From NCBI RefSeq assembly GCF_009914755.1, contig NC_060928.1: a stretch of DNA of 64,000 nucleotides, one strand, 5' to 3'. The stretch's first letter is position 1, and the number at the start of each line of letters is the position of its first letter. This document shows positions 10,372 to 23,956 of this stretch, one piece after another. The DNA comes from the human T2T-CHM13v2.0 reference genome, Homo sapiens. Under the pieces are notes generated by a model, which had not been told where the DNA came from, made no database searches, and saw only the letters and a program-made list of their open reading frames with translations. Both the position numbers and the translations under genes were made by a program.

Positions 10372-12924
10372 ATTCTCAGAAACTTGTTTGTGATGTGTGT
10401 ATTCAACTAACAGAGTTGAACTTTTGTTTTTACAGAGCCGTTTTAAAACACTCTTTTTGTGGAATCAGAAAGTGGATATTCGGATGGCTCTGAGGATTTC
10501 GTTGGAAGCGGGATTACATATAAAATCTAGAGAGAAGCATTCTCAGGAACTTCTTTGTGATGTTTGCATTGAAGTCACAGAATTGAACATTCACTTTGAT
10601 AGAGCAGGTTTGAAACACTCATTCTGTAGTATCTGGAACTGGACATTTCAAGCGCTTTCAGGCCTATGGTGAGAAAGGAAATATCTTCGAATAAAAACTA
10701 GACAGAAGCATCCTCAGAAACTTATTTGTGATGTGTGTCCTCAACTAACAGAGTTGAAACTTTGTTTTGATACAGCATTTTGGAAACACTCTTTTTGTAG
10801 AATCTGCAGGTGGATATTTGGATAGCTTAGAGGGATTCGTTGGAAAGGGGATATCTTCATATAAAATCTAGACAGAAGCATTCTCAGAAACTTATTTGTG
10901 ATGTGTGTCTTCAACTAACAGAGTTGAACCTTGGTTTTGATACAGCATTTTGGAAACACTCCTTTTGTAGAATCTGCAGGTGGATATTTGGATAACTTTG
11001 AAGATTTCGTTGGAAACCGGAATATCTTCATATAAAATCAAGACAGAAGCATTCTCGGAAACATCTCTGTGATGTTTGCATTCAACTCAGTAGAGTTGAA
11101 CACTTCCTTTCATAGAGCCGGTTTGAAACACTCTTTCTGCACTACCTGGAAGCGGACATTTCGAGCGCTTTGAGGCCTATGGTGAAAAAGGAAATATCTT
11201 CTCATAAAAACCAGAAAGAAGCATTCTCAGAAACTTCTTTGTGTTGTGTGTACTCAAGTAACAGTGTTGAACCTTCCTTTTGACACGGCAGTTTTGAAAC
11301 ACTCTTTTGGTAGAATCTGCAAGTGGATATTTGGATAGCTTTGAGGATTTCGTTGGAAACGGGTTATCTTCATATAAAATCCAGACAGGAGCATTCTCAG
11401 AAACTTCTTTGTGCTGCATGTCCTCAATTCACAGAGCTGAACCTTTGTTTGGATACAGCATTTTGGAAACATTCCTTTAGTAGAATCTGCAAGTTGATAT
11501 TTAGATAGCTTTGAAGATTTCGTTGGAAACGGGAATATCTTCATAGAAAATCTAGACGGAAGCATTCTCAGAAACTGCTTTGTGATGTTTGCATTCAAGT
11601 CACAGAGTTGAATATTCCCTTTTATAGAGTAGGTTTGAAACACTCTTTTGGCACTACCTGGAAGTGGATATTTCGAGCTCTTTGAGGCCTATGGTTAAAA
11701 GGAAATATCTTCCCATAAAAACTAGACAGAAGCCGTCTCAGAAACTTGTTTGTGATGTGTGTATTCAACTAACAGAGTTGAACATTTCTGTTACAGAGCA
11801 ATTTTAAAACACTCTTTTTGTGGAATCTGAAAGTGGATAATTGGATAGCTTTGTGGATTTCGTTGGAAACGGGATGACGTATAAAATCTAGAGAGAAGCA
11901 TTCTCAGGAACTTCTTTGTGATGTTTGCATTCAAGTCACAGAATTGAACATTCCCTTTCATAGAGCAGGTTTGAAACACTCTTTCTCTAGTATCTGGAAG
12001 TCGGCATTTCAAGCGCTTTCAGGCCTATGGAGAGAAAGGAAATACCTTCAAATAAAAACTAGACAGAAGCATTCTCAGAAACTTATTTGTGATGTGTGTT
12101 CTAAACTAACAGAGTTGAACCTTTGTTTTGATACAGCATTTTGGAAACACTCCTTTTGTAGGATCTGCAGGTGGATATTTGGATAGATTTTAAGATTTCG
12201 TTGGAAACGGGAGTTTCTTCATAGAAACTCAAGACAGATGCATTCTCAGAAACATCTCTGTGATGTTTGCATTCCACTCATAGATTTGAAAACTTCCTTT
12301 CATAGAGCAGGTTTGAAACACTCTTTTTGTAATATTTGGAAGTGGACATTTGCAGCGCTTTGAGGCCTATGGTGAAAAAGGAAATATCTTCTCATAAAAA
12401 CCAGAAACAAGCATTCTCAGAAACTTCTTTTTGATGTGTGTACTCAAGTAACAGAGTTGAACCTTCCTTTTGACACAGCAGTTTTGAAACAATCTTTTTG
12501 TAGAATCTGCAAGTGGATATTTGGATAGCTTTGAGGATTTCGTTGGAAACGGGATATCTTCATATAAAATCTAGACAGAAGCATTCTCAGAAACTTCTTT
12601 GTGCTGTATGTCCTCAATTAACAGAGTTGAACCATTGCTTGGATACAGCATTTTGGAAACATTCCTTGAGTAGAATCTGCAAGTTGATATTTAGATAGAT
12701 TTGAAGATTTCGTTGGAAAAGGGAATATCTCCATATAAAATCTAGAGGGAAGCATTCTCAGAAACTGCTTTGTGATGTTTCCATTCAAGTCACAGAGTTG
12801 AATATTCCCTTTTATAGAGCACGTTTGAAACACTCTTTCTGCACTATCTGGAAGTGGACATTTCGAGCGCTTTGAGGCCTATGGTGAAAAAGGAAATATC
12901 TTCCCATAAAAACTAGACAGAAGC
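10372..12924 (+). repeat. HOR unit 4, 15-mer (2553 bp; M4/M8 hybrid, 4 monomers lost)
   Basis: 3232-679 bp; the monomer at 10880 has an M4 head (aaccttgg) and an M8 tail (gataactttg, gaaaccgg). Confidence 0.95.
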
Positions 12925-15900
12925 ATTCTCAGAAACTTGTTTGTGATGTGTGTATTCAACTAACAGAGTTGAACTTTTGTTTTTACAGAGCCGTTTTAAA
13001 ACACTCTTTTTGTGGAATCAGAAAGTGGATATTCGGATGGCTCTGAGGATTTCGTTGGAAGCGGGATTACATATAAAATCTAGAGAGAAGCATTCTCAGG
13101 AACTTCTTTGTGATGTTTGCATTGAAGTCACAGAATTGAACATTCACTTTGATAGAGCAGGTTTGAAACACTCATTCTGTAGTATCTGGAAGTGGACATT
13201 TCAAGCGCTTTCAGGCCTATGGTGAGAAAGGAAATATCTTCGAATAAAAACTAGACAGAAGCATCCTCAGAAACTTATTTGTGATGTGTGTCCTCAACTA
13301 AGAGAGTTGAAACTTTGTTTTGATACAGCATTTTGGAAACACTCTTTTTGTAGAATCTGCAGGTGGATATTTGGATAGCTTAGAGGGATTCGTTGGAAAG
13401 GGGATATCTTCATATAAAATCTAGACAGAAGCATTCTCAGAAACTTATTTGTGATGTGTGTCCTCAACTAACAGAGTTGAACCTTGGTTTTGATACAGCA
13501 TTTTGGAAACGCTCCTTTTGTAGAATCTGCAGGTGGATATGTGGATAGCTCTGAAGATTTCGTTGGAAACGGGAATTTCTTCATATAAAATCAAACAGAA
13601 GCATTCTCAGAAACTTCTCAGTGATGTTTGCATTCAGCTCATGGAGTTGAACACTTCCTTTCATAGAGCCGGTTTGAAACACTCTTTCTGCACTACCTGG
13701 AAGAGGACATTTCAAGCGCTTTGAGTCCTATGGTGAAAAAGGAAATATCTTCTCATAAAAACCAGAAAGAAGCATTCTCAGAAACTACTTTGTGTTGTGT
13801 GTACTCATGTAACAGTGTTGAACCATCCTTTTGACAGAGCAGTTTTGAAACACTCTTTTTGTAGAATCTGCAAGTGGATATTTGGATAGCTTTGAGGATT
13901 TCGTTGGAAACGGGATGACATATAATCTCTAGAGAGAAGCATACTCAGGAACTTCTTTGTGATGTTTGCATTCAAGTCACAGAATTGAACATTCCCTTTC
14001 ATAGAGCAGGTTTGAAACACTCTTTCTCTAGTATCTGGAAGTGGGCATTTCAAGCGCTTTCAGGCCTATGGAGAGAAAGGAAATACCTTCAAATAAAAAC
14101 TAGACAGAAGCATTCTCAGAAACTTATTTGTGATGTGTGTCCTCAACTAACAGAGTTGAACCTTTGTTTTGATACAGCATTTTGGAAACACTCCTTTTGT
14201 AGAATCTGCAGGTGGATATTTGGATAACTTTGAAGATTTCATTGGAAACCGGAATATCTTCATATAAAATCAAGACAGAAGCATTCTCGGAAACATCTCT
14301 GTGATGTTTGCATTCAACTCAGTAGAGTTGAACACTTCCTTTCATAGAGCCGGTTTGAAACACTCTTTCTGCACTACCTGGAAGCGGACATTTCGAGCGC
14401 TTTGAGGCCTATGGTGAAAAAGGAAATATCTTCTCATAAAAACCAGAAAGAAGCATTCTCAGAAACTTCTTTGTGTTGTGTGTACTCAAGTAACAGTGTT
14501 GAACCTTCCTTTTGACACGGCAGTTTTGAAACACTCTTTTGATAGAATCTGCAAGTGGATATTTGGATAGCTTTGAGGATTTCGTTGGAAACGGGTTATC
14601 TTCATATAAAATCCAGACAGGAGCATTCTCAGAAACTTCTTTGTGCTGCATGTCCTCAATTCACAGAGCTGAACCTTTGTTTGGATACAGCATTTTGGAA
14701 ACATTCCTTTAGTAGAATCTGCAAGTTGATATTTAGATAGCTTTGAAGATTTCGTTGGAAACGGGAATATCTTCATAGAAAATCTAGACGGAAGCATTCT
14801 CAGAAACTGCTTTGTGATGTTTGCATTCAAGTCACAGAGTTGAATATTCCCTTTTATAGAGTAGGTTTGAAACACTCTTTCGGCACTACCTGGAAGTGGA
14901 TATTTCGAGCTCTTTGAGGCCTATGGTTAAAAGGAAATATCTTCCCATAAAAACTAGACAGAAGCCGTCTCAGAAACTTGTTTGTGATGTGTGTATTCAA
15001 CTAACAGAGTTGAACATTTCTGTTACAGAGCAATTTTAAAACACTCTTTTTGTGGAATCTGAAAGTGGATAATTGGATAGCTTTGTGGATTTCGTTGGAA
15101 ACGGGATGACATATAAAATCTAGAGAGAAGCATTCTCAGGAACTTCTTTCTGATGTTTGCATTCAAGTCACAGAATTGAACATTCCTTTTCATAGTGCAG
15201 GTTTGAAACACTCTTTCTGTAGTATCTGGAAGTGGACATTTCAAGCGCTTTCAGGCCTACGGGGAGAAAGGAAATATCTTCAAATAAAAACTAGACAGAA
15301 GGATTCTCAGAAACTTATTTGTGATGTGTGTCCTAAACGAACACAGTTGAACCTTTGTTTTGATACAGCATTTTGGAAACACTCCTTTTGTAGGATCTGC
15401 AGGTGGATATTTGGATAGATTTTAAGATTTCGTTGGAAACGGGAGTTTCTTCATAGAAACTCAAGACAGATGCATTCTCAGAAACATCTCTGTGATGTTT
15501 GCATTCCACTCATAGAGTTGAAAACTTCCTTTCATAGAGCAGGTTTGAAACACTCTTTTTGTAATATTTGGAAGTGGACATTTGCAGCACTTTGAGGCCT
15601 ATGGTGAAAAAGGAAATATCTTCTCATAAAAACCAGAAACAAGCATTCCCAGAAACTTCTTTTTGATGTGTGTACTCAAGTAACAGAGTTGAACCTTCCT
15701 TTTGACACAGCAGTTTTGAAACAATCTTTTTGTAGAATCTGCAAGTGGATATTTGGATAGCTTTGAGGATTTCGTTGGAAACGGGATATCTTCATATAAA
15801 ATCTAGACAGAAGCATTCTCAGAAACTTCTTTGTGCTGTATGCCCTCAATTAACAGAGTTGAACCATTGGATACAGCATTTTGGAAACATTCCTTGAGTA

Positions 15901-16152
15901 GAATCTGCAAGTTGATATTTAGATAGATTTGAAGATTTAATTGGAAAAGGGAATATCTCCATATAAAATCTAGAGGGAAGCATTCTCAGAAACTGCTTTG
16001 TGATGTTTCCATTCAAGTCACAGAGTTGAATATTCCCTTTTATAGAGCACGTTTGAAACACTCTTTCTGCACTATCTGGAAGTGGACATTTCGAGCGCTT
16101 TGAGGCCTATGGTGAAAAAGGAAATATCTTCCCATAAAAACTAGACAGAAGC
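12925..16152 (+). repeat. HOR unit 5, 19-mer (3228 bp; 4-bp deletion)
   Basis: Marker spacing; ccattggatac near 15865. Confidence 0.95.
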
Positions 16153-19100
16153 ATTCTCAGAAACTTGTTTGTGATGTGTGTATTCAACTAACAGAGTTGA
16201 ACTTTTGTTTTTACAGAGCCGTTTTAAAACACTCTTTTTGTGGAATCAGAAAGTGGATATTCGGATGGCTCTGAGGATTTCGTTGGAAGCGGGATTACAT
16301 ATAAAATCTAGAGAGAAGCATTCTCAGGAACTTCTTTGTGATGTTTGCATTGAAGTCACAGAATTGAACATTCACTTTGATAGAGCAGGTTTGAAACACT
16401 CATTCTGTAGTATCTGGAAGTGGACATTTCAAGCGCTTTCAGGCCTATGGTGAGAAAGGAAATATCTTCGAATAAAAACTAGACAGAAGCATCCTCAGAA
16501 ACTTATTTGTGATGTGTGTCCTCAACTATTTGATACAGCATTTTGGAAACACTCTTTTTGTAGAATCTGCAGGTGGATATTTGGATAGCTTAGAGGGATT
16601 CGTTGGAAAGGGGATATCTTCATATAAAATCTAGACAGAAGCATTCTCAGAAACTTATTTGTGATGTGTGTCCTCAACTAACAGAGTTGAACCTTGGTTT
16701 TGATACAGCATTTTGGAAACACTCCTTTTGTAGAATCTGCAGGTGGATATGTGGATAGCTCTGAAGATTTCGTTGGAAACGGGAATTTCTTCATATAAAA
16801 TCAAACAGAAGCATTCTCAGAAACTTCTCAGTGATGTTTGCATTCAGCTCATGGAGTTGAACACTTCCTTTCATAGAACCGGTTTGAAACACTCTTTCTG
16901 CACTACCTCGAAGAGGACATTTCGAGCGCTTTGAGTCCTATGGTGAAAAAGGAAATATCTTCTCATAAAAACCAGAAAGAAGCATTCTCAGAAACTTCTT
17001 TGTGTTGTGTGTACTCATGTAACAGTGTTGAACCATCCTTTTGACAGAGCAGTTTTGAAACACTCTTTTTGTAGAATCTGCAAGTGGATATTTGGATAGC
17101 TTTGAGGATTTCGTTGGAAACGGGATGACATATAATATCTAGAGAGAAGCATTCTCAGGAACTTCTTTGTGATGTTTGCATTCAAGTCACAGAACTGAAC
17201 ATTCCCTTTCATAGAGCAGGTTTGAAACACTCTTTCTGTAGTATCTGGAAGTGGGCATTTCAAGCGCTTTCAGGCCTATGGAGAGAAAGGAAATACCTTC
17301 AAATAAAAACTAGACAGAAGCATTCTCAGAAACTTATTTGTGATGTGTGTCCTCAACTAACAGAGTTGAACCTTGGTTTTGATACAGCATTTTGGAAACG
17401 CTCCTTTTGTAGAATCTGCAGGTGGATATGTGGATAGCTCCGAAGATTTCGTTGGAAACGGGAATTTCTTCATATAAAATCAAACAGAAGCATTCTCAGA
17501 AACTTCTCAGTGATGTTTGCATTCAGCTCATGGAGTTGAACACTTCCTTTCATAGAACCGGTTTGAAACACTCTTTCTGCACTACCTGGAAGAGGACATT
17601 TCGAGCGCTTTGAGTCCTATGGTGAAAAAGGAAATATCTTCTCATAAAAACCAGAAAGAAGCATTCTCAGAAACTTCTTTGTGTTGTGTGTACTCATGTA
17701 ACAGTGTTGAACCATCCTTTTGACAGAGCAGTTTTGAAACACTCTTTTTGTAGAATCTGCAAGTGGATATTTGGATAGCTTTGAGGATTTCGTTGGAAAC
17801 GGGATGACATATAATATCTAGAGAGAAGCATTCTCAGGAACTTCTTTGTGATGTTTGCATTCAAGTCACAGAATTGAACATTCCCTTTCATAGAGCAGGT
17901 TTGAAACACTCTTTCTCTAGTATCTGGAAGTGGGCATTTCAAGCGCTTTCAGGCCTATGGAGAGAAAGGAAATACCTTCAAATAAAAACTAGACAGAAGC
18001 ATTCTCAGAAACTTATTTGTGATGTGTGTCCTCAACTAACAGAGTTGAACCTTTGTTTTGATACAGCATTTTGGAAACACTCCTTTTGTAGAATCTGCAG
18101 GTGGATATTTGGATAACTTTGAAGATTTCATTGGAAACCGGAATATCTTCATATAAAATCAAGACAGAAGCATTCTCGGAAACATCTCTGTGATGTTTGC
18201 ATTCAACTCAGTAGAGTTGAACACTTCCTTTCATAGAGCCGGTTTGAAACACTCTTTCTGCACTACCTGGAAGCGGACATTTCGAGCGCTTTGAGGCCTA
18301 TGGTGAAAAAGGAAATATCTTCTCATAAAAACCAGAAAGAAGCATTCTCAGAAACTTCTTTGTGTTGTGTGTACTCAAGTAACAGTGTTGAACCTTCCTT
18401 TTGACACGGCAGTTTTGAAACACTCTTTTGGTAGAATCTGCAAGTGGATATTTGGATAGCTTTGAGGATTTCGTTGGAAACGGGTTATCTTCATATAAAA
18501 TCCAGACAGGAGCATTCTCAGAAACTTCTTTGTGCTGCATGTCCTCAATTCACAGAGCTGAACCTTTGTTTGGATACAGCATTTTGGAAACATTCCTTTA
18601 GTAGAATCTGCAAGTTGATATTTAGATAGCTTTGAAGATTTCGTTGGAAACGGGAATATCTTCATAGAAAATCTAGACGGAAGCATTCTCAGAAACTGCT
18701 TTGTGATGTTTGCATTCAAGTCACAGAGTTGAATATTCCCTTTTATAGAGTAGGTTTGAAACACTCTTTTGGCACTACCTGGAAGTGGATATTTCGAGCT
18801 CTTTGAGGCCTATGGTTAAAAGGAAATATCTTCCCATAAAAACTAGACAGAAGCCGTCTCAGAAACTTGTTTGTGATGTGTGTATTCAACTAACAGAGTT
18901 GAACATTTCTGTTACAGAGCAATTTTAAAACACTCTTTTTGTGGAATCTGAAAGTGGATAATTGGATAGCTTTGTGGATTTCGTTGGAAACGGGATGACG
19001 TATAAAATCTAGAGAGAAGCATTCTCAGGAACTTCTTTGTGATGTTTGCATTCAAGTCACAGAATTGAACATTCCCTTTCATAGAGCAGGTTTGAAACAC

Positions 19101-20045
19101 TCTTTCTGTAGTATCTGGAAGTGGGCATTTCAAGCGCTTTCAGGCCTATGGAGAGAAAGGAAATACCTTCAAATAAAAACTAGACAGAAGCATTCTCAGA
19201 AACTTATTTGTGATGTGTGTCCTCAACTAACAGAGTTGAACCTTTGTTTTGATACAGCATTTTGGAAACACTCCTTTTGTAGGATCTGCAGGTGGATATT
19301 TGGATAGATTTTAAGATTTCGTTGGAAACGGGAGTTTCTTCATAGAAACTCAAGACAGATGCATTCTCAGAAACATCTCTGTGATGTTTGCATTCCACTC
19401 ATAGATTTGAAAACTTCCTTTCATAGAGCAGGTTTGAAACACTCTTTTTGTAATATTTGGAAGTGGACATTTGCAGCGCTTTGAGGCCTATGGTGAAAAA
19501 GGAAATATCTTCTCATAAAAACCAGAAACAAGCATTCTCAGAAACTTCTTTTTGATGTGTGTACTCAAGTAACAGAGTTGAACCTTCCTTTTGACACAGC
19601 AGTTTTGAAACAATCTTTTTGTAGAATCTGCAAGTGGATATTTGGATAGCTTTGAGGATTTCGTTGGAAACGGGATATCTTCATATAAAATCTAGACAGA
19701 AGCATTCTCAGAAACTTCTTTGTGCTGTATGTCCTCAATTAACAGAGTTGAACCATTGCTTGGATACAGCATTTTGGAAACATTCCTTGAGTAGAATCTG
19801 CAAGTTGATATTTAGATAGATTTGAAGATTTCGTTGGAAAAGGGAATATCTCCATATAAAATCTAGAGGGAAGCATTCTCAGAAACTGCTTTGTGATGTT
19901 TCCATTCAAGTCATAGAATTGAATATTCCCTTTTATAGAGCACGTTTGGAACACTCTTTCTGCACTATCTGGAAGTGGACATTTCGAGCGCTTTGAGGCC
20001 TATGGTGAAAAAGGAAATATCTTCCCATAAAAACTAGACAGAAGC
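16153..20045 (+). repeat. HOR unit 6, 23-mer with 18-bp deletion in M3 (3893 bp)
   Basis: 3911-18 bp; junction ctcaacta|tttgatac at 16528/16529. Confidence 0.95.
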
Positions 20046-23000
20046 ATTCTCAGAAACTTGTTTGTGATGTGTGTATTCAACTAACAGAGTTGAACTTTTG
20101 TTTTTACAGAGCCGTTTTAAAACACTCTTTTTGTGGAATCAGAAAGTGGATATTCGGATGGCTCTGAGGATTTCGTTGGAAGCGGGATTACATATAAAAT
20201 CTAGAGAGAAGCATTCTCAGGAACTTCTTTGTGATGTTTGCATTGAAGTCACAGAATTGAACATTCACTTTGATAGAGCAGGTTTGAAACACTCATTCTG
20301 TAGTATCTGGAAGTGGACATTTCAAGCGCTTTCAGGCCTATGGTGAGAAAGGAAATATCTTCGAATAAAAACTAGACAGAAGCATCCTCAGAAACTTATT
20401 TGTGATGTGTGTCCTCAACTAACAGAGTTGAAACTTTGTTTTGATACAGCATTTTGGAAACACTCTTTTTGTAGAATCTGCAGGTGGATATTTGGATAGC
20501 TTAGAGGGATTCGTTGGAAAGGGGATATCTTCATATAAAATCTAGACAGAAGCATTCTCAGAAACTTATTTGTGATGTGTGTCCTCAACTAACAGAGTTG
20601 AACCTTGGTTTTGATACAGCATTTTGGAAACGCTCCTTTTGTAGAATCTGCAGGTGGATATGTGGATAGCTCTGAAGATTTCGTTGGAAACGGGAATTTC
20701 TTCATATAAAATCAAACAGAAGCATTCTCAGAAACTTCTCAGTGATGTTTGCATTCAGCTCATGGAGTTGAACACTTCCTTTCATAGAGCCGGTTTGAAA
20801 CACTCTTTCTGCACTACCTGGAAGAGGACATTTCGAGCGCTTTGAGTCCTATGGTGAAAAAGGAAATATCTTCTCATAAAAACCAGAAAGAAGCATTCTC
20901 AGAAACTTCTTTGTGTTGTGTGTACTCATGTAACAGTGTTGAACCATCCTTTTGACAGAGCAGTTTTGAAACACTCTTTTTGTAGAATCTGCAAGTGGAT
21001 ATTTGGATAGCTTTGAGGATTTCGTTGGAAACGGGATGACATATAATATCTAGAGAGAAGCATTCTCAGGAACTTCTTTGTGATGTTTGCATTCAAGTCA
21101 CAGAATTGAACATTCCCTTTCATAGAGCAGGTTTGAAACACTCTTTCTCTAGTATCTGGAAGTGGGCATTTCAAGCGCTTTCAGGCCTATGGAGAGAAAG
21201 GAAATACCTTCAAATAAAAACTAGACAGAAGCATTCTCAGAAACTTATTTGTGATGTGTGTCCTCAACTAACAGAGTTGAACCTTGGTTTTGATACAGCA
21301 TTTTGGAAACGCTCCTTTTGTAGAATCTGCAGGTGGATATGTGGATAGCTCTGAAGATTTCGTTGGAAACGGGAATTTCTTCATATAAAATCAAACAGAA
21401 GCATTCTCAGAAACTTCTCAGTGATGTTTGCATTCAGCTCATGGAGTTGAACACTTCCTTTCATAGAACCGGTTTGAAACACTCTTTCTGCACTACCTGG
21501 AAGAGGACATATCGAGCGCTTTGAGTCCTATGGTGAAAAAGGAAATATCTTCTCATAAAAACCAGAAAGAAGCATTCTCAGAAACTTCTTTGTGTTGTGT
21601 GTACTCATGTAACAGTGTTGAACCATCCTTTTGACAGAGCAGTTTTGAAACACTCTTTTTGTAGAATCTGCAAGTGGATATTTGGATAGCTTTGAGGATT
21701 TCGTTGGAAACGGGATGACATATAATATCTAGAGAGAAGCATTCTCAGGAACTTCTTTGTGATGTTTGCATTCAAGTCACAGAATTGAACATTCCCTTTC
21801 ATAGAGCAGGTTTGAAACACTCTTTCTCTAGTATCTGGAAGTGGGCATTTCAAGCGCTTTCAGGTCTATGGAGAGAAAGGAAATACCTTCAAATAAAAAC
21901 TAGACAGAAGCATTCTCAGAAACTTATTTGTGATGTGTGTCCTCAACTAACAGAGTTGAACCTTTGTTTTGATACAGCATTTTGGAAACACTCCTTTTGT
22001 AGAATCTGCAGGTGGATATTTGGATAACTTTGAAGATTTCATTGGAAACCGGAATATCTTCATATAAAATCAAGACAGAAGCATTCTCGGAAACATCTCT
22101 GTGATGTTTGCATTCAACTCAGTAGAGTTGAACACTTCCTTTCATAGAGCCGGTTTGAAACACTCTTTCTGCACTACCTGGAAGCGGACATTTCGAGCGC
22201 TTTGAGGCCTATGGTGAAAAAGGAAATATCTTCTCATAAAAACCAGAAAGAAGCATTCTCAGAAACTTCTTTGTGTTGTGTGTACTCAAGTAACAGTGTT
22301 GAACCTTCCTTTTGACACAGCAGTTTTGAAACACTCTTTTGGTAGAATCTGCAAGTGGATATTTGGATAGCTTTGAGGATTTCGTTGGAAACGGGTTATC
22401 TTCATATAAAATCCAGACAGGAGCATTCTCAGAAACTTCTTTGTGCTGCATGTCCTCAATTCACAGAGCTGAACCTTTGTTTGGATACAGCATTTTGGAA
22501 ACATTCCTTTAGTAGAATCTGCAAGTTGATATTTAGATAGCTTTGAAGATTTCGTTGGAAACGGGAATATCTTCATAGAAAATCTAGACGGAAGCATTCT
22601 CAGAAACTGCTTTGTGATGTTTGCATTCAAGTCACAGAGTTGAATATTCCCTTTTATAGAGTAGGTTTGAAACACTCTTTCGGCACTACCTGGAAGTGGA
22701 TATTTCGAGCTCTTTGAGGCCTATGGTTAAAAGGAAATATCTTCCCATAAAAACTAGACAGAAGCCGTCTCAGAAACTTGTTTGTGATGTGTGTATTCAA
22801 CTAACAGAGTTGAACATTTCTGTTACAGAGCAATTTTAAAACACTCTTTTTGTGGAATCTGAAAGTGGATAATTGGATAGCTTTGTGGATTTCGTTGGAA
22901 ACGGGATGACGTATAAAATCTAGAGAGAACCATTCTCAGGAACTTCTTTCTGATGTTTGCATTCAAGTCACAGAATTGAACATTCCCTTTCATAGTGCAG

Positions 23001-23956
23001 GTTTGAAACACTCTTTCTGTAGTATCTGGAAGTGGACATTTCAAGCGCTTTCAGGCCTACGGGGAGAAAGGAAATATCTGCAAATAAAAACTAGACAGAA
23101 GGATTCTCAGAAACTTATTTGTGATGTGTGTCCTAAACGAACACAGTTGAACCTTTGTTTTGATACAGCATTTTGGAAACACTCCTTTTGTAGGATCTGC
23201 AGGTGGATATTTGGATAGATTTTAAGATTTCGTTGGAAACGGGAGTTTCTTCATAGAAACTCAAGACAGATGCATTCTCAGAAACATCTCTGTGATGTTT
23301 GCATTCCACTCATAGAGTTGAAAACTTCCTTTCATAGAGCAGGTTTGAAACACTCTTTTTGTAATATTTGGAAGTGGACATTTGCAGCGCTTTGAGGCCT
23401 ATGGTGAAAAAGGAAATATCTTCTCATAAAAACCAGAAACAAGCATTCTCAGAAACTTCTTTTTGATGTGTGTACTCAAGTAACAGAGTTGAACCTTCCT
23501 TTTGACACAGCAGTTTTGAAACAATCTTTTTGTAGAATCTGCAAGTGGATATTTGGATAGCTTTGAGGATTTCGTTGGAAACGGGATATCTTCATATAAA
23601 ATCTAGACAGAAGCATTCTCAGAAACTTCTTTGTGCTGTATGTCCTCAATTAACAGAGTTGAACCATTGCTTGGATACAGCATTTTGGAAACATTCCTTG
23701 AGTAGAATCTGCAAGTGGATATTTAGATAGATTTGAAGATTTCGTTGGAAAAGGGAATATCTCCATATAAAATCTACAGGGAAGCATTCTCAGAAACTGC
23801 TTTGTGATGTTTCCATTCAAGTCACAGAGTTGAATATTCCCTTTTATAGAGCACGTTTGAAACACTCTTTCTGCACTATCTGGAAGTGGACATTTCGAGC
23901 GCTTTGAGGCCTATGGTGAAAAAGGAAATATCTTCCCATAAAAACTAGACAGAAGC
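20046..23956 (+). repeat. HOR unit 7, 23-mer (3911 bp)
   Basis: M4-M7 block duplicated (marker ORFs at 20654 and 21333, 679 bp apart). Confidence 0.95.
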
